Source: an uncultured Clostridia bacterium
Lineage (GTDB): Bacteria > Bacillota > Clostridia > Christensenellales > UBA1242
Assembly (NCBI GenBank): GCA_934757825.1
Contig: CAKVLP010000001.1
Coordinates: 183,267-247,266 of the forward strand
Direction: 5' to 3'
Length of the DNA: 64,000 nt
Below are positions 58,213 through 64,000 of this stretch, piece by piece. The notes under the pieces are model-generated. The model saw only the letters and a list, made by a program, of their open reading frames with translations, was not told the DNA's origin and searched no databases. The first letter of the stretch is position 1. Every line of letters starts with the position of its first letter. The translations under genes were made by a program, and so were the position numbers.

Positions 58213-58488
58213 ATGGAAAATGTTACAATAAAACAGACGGAAGTCGTTAACAACAAAATCACGCTTGACAACCGTAATAAACTCGCAATAACTGGCGTTA
58301 GCAAAATGGTGAGTAGCAACGAGACCCTACTTGTAATGCAAGTAAAATCTACAAAGTTGACCGTATCTGGCAAAGCAATTAAAATCGAAAAACTTGACAT
58401 CGAAAACGGTTTGCTAGAAGCGAGCGGAGAGTTTGACAGCATTAAGTACAACGACAACGGGGGCATTTTTAAAAGGATATTCAAATGA
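58213..58488 (+). CDS. yabP: sporulation protein YabP
   Basis: …ITLDNRNKLAITGVSKMVSSNETLLVMQ…KLTVSGKAIKIEKLDIENGLLEASGEFDSIKY. The start is uncertain: 58213 follows AAGGAG by 12 nt, and the upstream ATG at 58180 has no SD. Confidence 0.8.
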   Translation: MENVTIKQTEVVNNKITLDNRNKLAITGVSKMVSSNETLLVMQVKSTKLTVSGKAIKIEKLDIENGLLEASGEFDSIKYNDNGGIFKRIFK

Positions 58489-58823
58489 TTTTCAATTATA
58501 TTTTAGGCGGGCTACTTTGCGGAGCGGTTTACGGAATTTTAAAGGGAATAGTATATGTTTTCAAAAAACACTTTATCGCCCAACTTTTAGCCGACTTTAT
58601 TTTTTCCGCATTTTTGGGGCTGACCTTTATTTTCATAACGACAGTTTGTAATTCTGGACAGTTTAGGCTATATCTAGGTGGTGCTTTTGTGCTAAGTTTT
58701 TTCTTGGAGCGAAAAACTCTTGGAAAATTATTTGCCAAACTTGGGCTTATGGTTTATAATTATTTAAGTAATAAGGCGACCGCTTTTAGATCGACCAAAG
58801 TGGGGAGAGTGTTGTTTAAATAA
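58485..58823 (+). CDS. yabQ: spore cortex biosynthesis protein YabQ
   Basis: Small 3-4 TM protein directly after yabP with an ATGA overlap. …GIVYVFKK…ADFIFSAFLGLTFIF…RLYLGGAFVLSFF. Confidence 0.8.
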   Translation: MIFNYILGGLLCGAVYGILKGIVYVFKKHFIAQLLADFIFSAFLGLTFIFITTVCNSGQFRLYLGGAFVLSFFLERKTLGKLFAKLGLMVYNYLSNKATAFRSTKVGRVLFK

Positions 58824-59116
58824 TGAAAAACAGCAAGCAAACAGTTAAGTTAATAAGCATAATTTCAATCTGCCTAACAGCGATTTTGTTTGTTGTGCTT
58901 TTGTTTCAGTTTGCTAAAATCGTGACGCTTAAAAACAGGCAAAAGGCACTTCGCTCGACCATTTCGCAAAAACAAACCGAGATTGTCGAATATGACGAAC
59001 TTCTTGACTACATCGGCTACGAAGACGGCGAATACAACCAAGAGTTTTTGGAAAACTACGCCCGCGAAGTTTACGGCTGGGGCAAGCCTGGTAGAAAATA
59101 TTATACAAGTAAATAA
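58823..59116 (+). CDS. divIC: septum formation initiator (DivIC/FtsB family)
   Basis: Single TM plus a coiled coil (…LKNRQKALRSTISQKQTEIVEYDEL…). Conserved position after yabQ, with an ATGA overlap. Confidence 0.75.
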   Translation: MKNSKQTVKLISIISICLTAILFVVLLFQFAKIVTLKNRQKALRSTISQKQTEIVEYDELLDYIGYEDGEYNQEFLENYAREVYGWGKPGRKYYTSK

Positions 59117-59183
59117 AAAACACCTTTATCAATCAAGGTCTTAACTTTATGGCGCCTTGAAAAATAAGGTGTTTTTTTAAAAC

Positions 59184-59212
59184 AAAAAAGCATCTTTTAG
59201 AAGATGTTTTTT
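59184..59212. terminator. bidirectional intrinsic terminator
   Basis: catctt-ttag-aagatg flanked by AAAAAA and TTTTTT, between divIC(+) and the minus-strand tRNA. Confidence 0.65.
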
Positions 59213-59218
59213 CTTAAA

Positions 59219-59296
<78 letters not shown>

Positions 59297-59316
59297 ATAT
59301 TCATTTTACAAAGTAA

Positions 59317-59345
59317 AGTATATTACAAATTTTTATATTTGTCAA
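59317..59345 (-). promoter_or_regulatory. sigma-A promoter for the initiator tRNA
   Basis: Minus strand reads TTGACA-17nt-TATACT, about 20 nt upstream of the tRNA 5' end. Confidence 0.65.
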
Positions 59346-59483
59346 TAGTTTTTAGTGATTTTACTGCTGTCTTTATTATTATATGCCAAAAAGGCAGATT
59401 AAAATTACTCCAACGCACTTATTTTTGCCACCCAACATCATCGCAAATATTATCAAATTTTGTAAAGAAATTCTAAAATACCC

Positions 59484-59512
59484 TTGACATAAAATACAAA
59501 GTATTGTATTAT
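59484..59512 (+). promoter_or_regulatory. sigma-A promoter for tRNA-Met/tRNA-Glu
   Basis: TTGACA-17nt-TATTAT, about 20 nt upstream of tRNA-Met. Confidence 0.65.
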
Positions 59513-59532
59513 TACATTGTCTAAAATTTCGT

Positions 59533-59609
59533 GGCGGCGTAGCTTAGTTGGTTATAGCATTCGGTTCATACCCGAAAGGTCGTAGGTTCGAATCCCACCG
59601 CCGCTACCA
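59533..59609 (+). tRNA. elongator tRNA-Met (anticodon CAT)
   Basis: GGCGGCGTAGCTTAGTTGGTTATAGCATTCGGTTCATACCCGAAAGGTCGTAGGTTCGAATCCCACCGCCGCTACCA. The anticodon arm CGGTTCATACCCG matches Firmicute elongator Met. A tRNA-Ile2 (lysidine) identity is not formally excluded. Confidence 0.8.
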
Positions 59610-59625
59610 AATTACATCTGAATAT

Positions 59626-59700
59626 GGTCCCATGGTCAAGCGGTTAAGACACCACCCTTTCACGGTGGTATCAGGGGTTCGAGTCCCCTTGGGACTACCA
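59626..59700 (+). tRNA. tRNA-Glu (anticodon TTC)
   Basis: GGTCCCATGGTCAAGCGGTTAAGACACCACCCTTTCACGGTGGTATCAGGGGTTCGAGTCCCCTTGGGACTACCA, with the typical Glu D-arm GTCAAGCGGTTAAGAC. Confidence 0.9.
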
Positions 59701-59754
59701 ATTATACTATATATTGTATTGTTTTTATGGGTTAACATACAATGTAATGTGGTT

Positions 59755-59784
59755 AAGATAGTGCTTTTGCACTATCTTTTTTTA
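59755..59784 (+). terminator. intrinsic terminator of the tRNA operon
   Basis: aagatagtgc-tttt-gcactatctt, 10-bp stem, followed by TTTTTTT. Confidence 0.8.
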
Positions 59785-59839
59785 TTCGTGAGTAGAATTC
59801 GAGTAGAATTTTGTTTAAAATCTAAAAGTTAATAAACCT

Positions 59840-60874
59840 TTAAAAAGAAAATTTAATAATGCTCTTATTAGGTTCTATTTTCTTAAATTCGTAATCGGCT
59901 TTGTTTAGGGAATACTCTATCTTTGAGTAGCCCCTCTCTCCCGTTTCGCTTAGGTAGTTTGGTTTAAAGCCCGCAATTGTTAGGCTTGAATTAACCGCGC
60001 TATACGACATCTCAACATTGTCGTTAAAACAAACAAGTTTGCTAACGCCCAAATTTTCAAACGCGTAAATGGAAATATACTCAACCACATTTTTAAAGTC
60101 AAGGTCGTAGTGCTCGCTGTTGCACAAGATATTAAGCTTGTGCAATTTTTCGTCGGGCACAATGTTTGCAAACGCCACAATCACCCCGTTATATGAAATA
60201 CACCAAGTCTTTAGTGCACCAGTGCCTATAAAGTCGGTCATAATCTTGTTGCGCGCTAGTTTTACATTTTTGTAGTTTGGATTTACTATAAAAAGTGGGT
60301 CGCCCACGTATTTTACGCCCTTAAATATGCTCGAAAGTGTAGCCAAATCCTCATCAACCAAGGGCTCAACAACATACTTTTTCAAGTACTGATATCCGTC
60401 GAGTTTTTGTTCTAGATAATCAAAAAACGGCAAAGTATACGGCTTGTCGTCAACCTCGCCAAACGCAAAAATCACAGGCTTTTCTGGGTCATTTACTTGA
60501 AGAGAAGGTTGAAGCGCTTTTAGTATTTTAAAAAGCGCCAAGTTGTTTTTGACCGACATACTTATGCCCACCATTGTGCGGTTGTTGTAAAAAACGTGGT
60601 GTTTTTCTAAGTACTTAGCAAACTGCTCTATCACGCTATAATAATTGTCAATCCTAAACATATTGATTTGATAATTGCGGACAATAAACTTGCAATAATC
60701 CTCAAAATAACACTGCGCTTCTTCCCTATCAAAGTAGAAATAATGCGTGTAATCCTTGCCCGAAAAATCGTATTCGTCCTCGGGGAAAATGTCAAAGAAA
60801 TTGTGCTTAGTGGCACAATAGTTTTTAAGTTCTATTTTGGTTTTTTCCAAAGTTTTTTTAATAATTGGTTCCAT
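59840..60874 (-). CDS. hypothetical protein with C-terminal GNAT-like acetyltransferase fold
   Basis: 344 aa. The C-terminal ~140 aa (…VIVAFANIVPDE…ISIYAFENLGVSKLVCFNDNVEMSYSAVNSSLTIAGFKP…) resembles RimJ/RimL-type GNATs. The N-terminal 200 aa is unassigned. Confidence 0.45.
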   Translation of the reverse strand: MEPIIKKTLEKTKIELKNYCATKHNFFDIFPEDEYDFSGKDYTHYFYFDREEAQCYFEDYCKFIVRNYQINMFRIDNYYSVIEQFAKYLEKHHVFYNNRTMVGISMSVKNNLALFKILKALQPSLQVNDPEKPVIFAFGEVDDKPYTLPFFDYLEQKLDGYQYLKKYVVEPLVDEDLATLSSIFKGVKYVGDPLFIVNPNYKNVKLARNKIMTDFIGTGALKTWCISYNGVIVAFANIVPDEKLHKLNILCNSEHYDLDFKNVVEYISIYAFENLGVSKLVCFNDNVEMSYSAVNSSLTIAGFKPNYLSETGERGYSKIEYSLNKADYEFKKIEPNKSIIKFSF

Positions 60875-60916
60875 ATAATTATATTATCACATTTTTACTT
60901 CGCTTGCAACCATAAC

Positions 60917-61621
60917 CTACATAACTTTGTCTGAGGTTATGCTATACACGCCGTACGACGCAAGTTTTAACGCAGTAGAATAACCCTTAACGCCCCACAC
61001 AGACACTTGAAGCCCTGCGTCGTGAAACTTCTTAAACGTGTCTCGGCGCGCAAGTCTCCAATGTAATGAAACCCCAACGCGATTGGACACGCAAAAGTTA
61101 AAGTATCTTTTCATAGGGTTGGTCACAAGTAGTTGAAGGTCTTGTTTAGGAAGAAGTTTTCTAAGCCTACTAAGCACGCTGGTACTAAACGAAATAAGCA
61201 AACATTTTTTCAAATATCTATGCCATTTTAGGGTTTTGATGACCCGCATAATCTGTTTGTCAGAAAAGTCGTATTTAAACTCAATAACGCAGACCTTGTT
61301 ATATTTTTTGCACAATTTCACATACTTTTTAAAAGGACAAATATCGGCAGTAATTGTGTTGTCGGAATTTACAAGCGTAAGCCTATTAAGTTCTTCAAAA
61401 CCAAAATCGTGAATGAGTTTTTTAACACCCATAAGGCGCTTGCCATTTTTGTCGTGAAAACACACACATTTGCCGTCTTTCGTAAACTGAATGTCGGTTT
61501 CGATGCCCCAAACATCGCGTTGAAGGCACGCTTCTTTAAAGGCTTTATAGGAGTTTTCGACCGCATTATCGCAAAGACCGCGGTGCAAAACAAGTTTGGT
61601 TAAATCGCTTATTTTTTCCAT
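60917..61621 (-). CDS. glycerophosphodiester phosphodiesterase family protein
   Basis: LVLHRGLCDNAVENSYKAFKEA…WGIETDIQFTKDGKCVCFHD is the GDPD signature HRG…ENS…E.D…DG…HD. Start placed at MEKISDL (61621). Confidence 0.75.
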   Translation of the reverse strand: MEKISDLTKLVLHRGLCDNAVENSYKAFKEACLQRDVWGIETDIQFTKDGKCVCFHDKNGKRLMGVKKLIHDFGFEELNRLTLVNSDNTITADICPFKKYVKLCKKYNKVCVIEFKYDFSDKQIMRVIKTLKWHRYLKKCLLISFSTSVLSRLRKLLPKQDLQLLVTNPMKRYFNFCVSNRVGVSLHWRLARRDTFKKFHDAGLQVSVWGVKGYSTALKLASYGVYSITSDKVM

Positions 61622-61740
61622 ATTTACAAAACTTCCTCCTATAATTACTTTATTTATATATTGTTTATATTTGACAAAATTAACCCAATATTTTATAATC
61701 GTACTGAAAAGTGATATTCTCAACTTCAAAAGGGATTTTT

Positions 61741-62460
61741 ATGACACAGGTGAAGCACAAATTGAGATTTTTAATAGCGTCGTTGTTGTTGGCAATAATT
61801 GCCGTTGTGTTTTTGCCAGCCACTAGCCACAACGTTTTTGCCGACACAGAGCCGATTAAACACACCGTGACATTTACCTACAATGGTCAGACCCTTCGCA
61901 CTATGCAAGTTGAGGACGGCGGTAACATTAAAAAGAGCGATTTCCCACTTTCCGAGTTGCCAGAAATCGGCGAAAACGATATGTGGGTTTGGATGTACAC
62001 CTCGGGCGAAAACCTTATTTCCATAAGTTATAGTGCATTCAATGGCGAGGACGACCGTGTTTTGGTGTCCAACATCACTCAGGACATAAATTTGTACCCT
62101 ACTGTTTTCAAAAACCCAGACAAAACTCACAAGGTTATATTCCGCCTACCTGACAAAACCGAAGTAATACTTACAGTTTACAATGGCGAAGATTGCCCAG
62201 AACCAGACATTCCACTAGGATTTTGCGAGCGCGCTAGTTATAGCAGTTCGCTAAAAAACATTCGCGAAGATATGACGATCGACGTTACAATCGACCGCAC
62301 AATGAAATACATTTTCCTTATTGGTTGTGGCACAGCACTTCTTGCTAGTATCGTAGTAATTGTAGTTGTTATTTTAAAAGTTGTCAACGCTCCAGAGGAC
62401 GACGATGACGAAAATGAAGAAGAAATCGTTGATTCGACCGATTCTTCCAACAACGAATAG
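61741..62460 (+). CDS. type I membrane protein: signal peptide, two beta-rich repeats, C-terminal TM and acidic tail
   Basis: Signal LIASLLLAIIAVVFLPATSHNVFA-D. Repeats begin HTVTFTYNGQ… and HKVIFRLPDK…. TM YIFLIGCGTALLASIVVIVVVIL. Tail EDDDDENEEE. Confidence 0.6.
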   Translation: MTQVKHKLRFLIASLLLAIIAVVFLPATSHNVFADTEPIKHTVTFTYNGQTLRTMQVEDGGNIKKSDFPLSELPEIGENDMWVWMYTSGENLISISYSAFNGEDDRVLVSNITQDINLYPTVFKNPDKTHKVIFRLPDKTEVILTVYNGEDCPEPDIPLGFCERASYSSSLKNIREDMTIDVTIDRTMKYIFLIGCGTALLASIVVIVVVILKVVNAPEDDDDENEEEIVDSTDSSNNE

Positions 62461-62503
62461 TTGGTTTTACAAAAATCAAATTATTTGTTCATTTAAGATT
62501 AAG

Positions 62504-62535
62504 TAAAAAAACACCAGTAAGTCTGGTGTTTTTTA
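62504..62535. terminator. bidirectional intrinsic terminator
   Basis: acaccag-taagt-ctggtgt flanked by AAAAAA and TTTTT. Confidence 0.75.
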
Positions 62536-62946
62536 TTCGTGATTATCAAAATCTTCAACGTCGGGCAACATCTCGTCCATAGTTTTGACTACAAACTCGC
62601 CCTTTTCGTCTCTTAGGATTATTTTAATTTCAGGCTGAAGATTGTTAAACATTTCTCTACAAATTCCACAAGGCGACAAACATTCAATGTCGTTTGTACG
62701 CATATTGTATTTCACGGCGATAACATACTGCATTTCGCGCTCTCCTGCCATCCACGCATTGCTAAGCGCAACTGGCTCGGCGCACACGCTGTGCCACCAG
62801 CCAATGTTAAGACCGTAATATATTTTTCCACTTTTCGCCATAACAGCCGCCGCAACTTGGCTACGCCCAGTACGCTCGTGCAAGTCTCTATTTTGCTTGG
62901 CAAGTTTTACGCAGGTGTCATACATTTTTTTAAATGTTTTGTTCAT
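62533..62946 (-). CDS. cytidine deaminase-fold zinc enzyme (cdd / blasticidin-S-deaminase-like)
   Basis: HSVCAEPVA (C/H-A-E) plus SPCGICRE (PCxxC). 137 aa. Confidence 0.7.
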   Translation of the reverse strand: MNKTFKKMYDTCVKLAKQNRDLHERTGRSQVAAAVMAKSGKIYYGLNIGWWHSVCAEPVALSNAWMAGEREMQYVIAVKYNMRTNDIECLSPCGICREMFNNLQPEIKIILRDEKGEFVVKTMDEMLPDVEDFDNHE

Positions 62947-62952
62947 TCGCTA

Positions 62953-63909
62953 TTACGCTGCCTTTGCTTCTTTTTTCTCTTTCTTCTCTTTTTTCTTTTC
63001 AAGTTTCAAGGCTTTTTTCTCGGCTTTGGCAATCTTTTTAAGGCGTTTCTTTCTTTCCTTTTTGCTCTCAACAGGTTCTGTGTCAAGTTCTTCTTCAAGC
63101 ACTCTTGGGTCTAGCATCCACTTTTTAAACATTCTAACAGATTTAACCATATAGAAGCCGTCGCAATAACGCTCTTCGGTGGTCATACCCATTTTAAGTA
63201 CCTTCCCTGGCACAACCTTGTCGTCCTCAACAACAGGTTCCATTTTTTCTTTGCCTATGCTATAAAACATTCCAGTTGTTCCGAAGTTGTACAAGTGGTG
63301 ATGAATGTAATCGCCGTGAATTGATTTAAGGTTTGTGAAATAAAAACTTGTGTGGAATGGCGACACCTCGATAATCTTTTTAGGCATAATTCCAAAGTGG
63401 TCAAGCACACGCAAGAAATTAACAGCAAGTTTTACAAGACAATTTGGGATAAATCTAAAAAATCTTGCAGTCTTCTCGGTGCTATTTTTAGTCTCCATTG
63501 CAGCCTTAATATTGGCGTCAAGTTTTTCCTTAACTTGATAAATATTTTCTCTGCCAGTAAACCTTATTTTCATAGTAGCGTCTGGGCTTTCGTCGTTAAG
63601 ACCCTTCTTAACCGTAAAGGAAGCGTAAATGCCGTTCCTTTGATACACTCTGCCCGCAACAGCAAATCTATTTAGGTGCGGACGAGTAGCGTACAACCTA
63701 ACAGCACCCGCTAGCAAAATATCCATATACGAAAAGTTAATTCCTTCCTTTTCGCGTTTTTCCCTAATCCACTCATCAAAAGGTTCACAACGAAGTTCAA
63801 CAAGGTTAAAGTTCATTGCATCGTTTCTTGTCTTCATCAAAATTGGGACAAGCATTGTTTCAGGGTCAATATCTTTTACTCTAACCCCATCACTTCTAAA
63901 TCCAAACAT
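62953..63909 (-). CDS. 2-oxoacid dehydrogenase E2 catalytic-domain-like (CAT-fold) acyltransferase with Lys-rich tail
   Basis: …MGMTTEERYCDGFY… sits at the position of the E2/CAT DHRxxDG active-site motif. No lipoyl domain is present. C-terminal KKERKKRLKKIAKAEKKALKLEKKKEKKEKKEAKAA. Confidence 0.5.
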   Translation of the reverse strand: MFGFRSDGVRVKDIDPETMLVPILMKTRNDAMNFNLVELRCEPFDEWIREKREKEGINFSYMDILLAGAVRLYATRPHLNRFAVAGRVYQRNGIYASFTVKKGLNDESPDATMKIRFTGRENIYQVKEKLDANIKAAMETKNSTEKTARFFRFIPNCLVKLAVNFLRVLDHFGIMPKKIIEVSPFHTSFYFTNLKSIHGDYIHHHLYNFGTTGMFYSIGKEKMEPVVEDDKVVPGKVLKMGMTTEERYCDGFYMVKSVRMFKKWMLDPRVLEEELDTEPVESKKERKKRLKKIAKAEKKALKLEKKKEKKEKKEAKAA

Positions 63910-64000
63910 AATTTTCTCCTAATCTAAACTAAACTTATTATATAAAATTATGACGATTTTGAAAAGAAAAATCGGGCAATTTAGACAACTTTACAAAAAA

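Noticed and set aside
59548-59832. A 94-aa plus-strand ORF.
   Set aside because: It overlaps tRNA-Met and tRNA-Glu and their terminator, so it is a spurious translation of the tRNA genes.
61622-61729. The N-terminal extension of the GDPD gene. The same applies to the uvrC extension (31028-31120) and the TTG/GTG-initiated extensions of gerC, gerA, rpmE, tilS, the XRE gene and the VanW gene.
   Set aside because: In every case, family-typical sequence begins at a downstream ATG that has a better SD or a promoter overlapping the extension.

Overview
This is a 64-kb chromosomal segment from a low-GC, endospore-forming Firmicute (Clostridia-like). No rRNA is present, so I make no finer taxonomic call. 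I count about 48 CDS, 36 of them on the minus strand, plus 3 tRNAs. Core content: a Ger-type germinant receptor operon (A/B/C subunits), whiA, spoVG, spoIIE, yabP-yabQ-divIC, tmk, murB, murC, uvrC, prfA-prmC, rpmE, aspS-asnS, cca, tilS, a DnaD-domain protein with a DnaI-like loader, two DegV paralogues, an MFS transporter, a CNNM/CorC transporter and a VanW protein. Accessory, surface-related content sits at the left end and at 37-40 kb. (a) A giant ORF of more than 3,100 codons runs off the left edge and is absent from the supplied ORF track because it has no stop in the window; it is built from Listeria-Bacteroides (InlB B-repeat-like) modules. (b) A five-gene minus-strand operon (14.2-21.0 kb) encodes four paralogous TasA/CalY-like proteins with SipW-type signal-anchor motifs plus an 884-aa transglutaminase-core lipoprotein. 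(c) A 1,039-aa protein carries GLUG-type repeats. Other points of interest are an ArsR/SmtB regulator divergent from a 65-codon ORF with a Cys-rich tail, a same-orientation cluster of consensus DnaA boxes far from any dnaA gene, an orphan consensus promoter followed by tandem terminators, and a probable leaderless XRE mRNA. I saw no CRISPR array, transposase, integrase, prophage or recognisable defence genes. All family calls rest on motifs read by eye from the translations; no database search was run.
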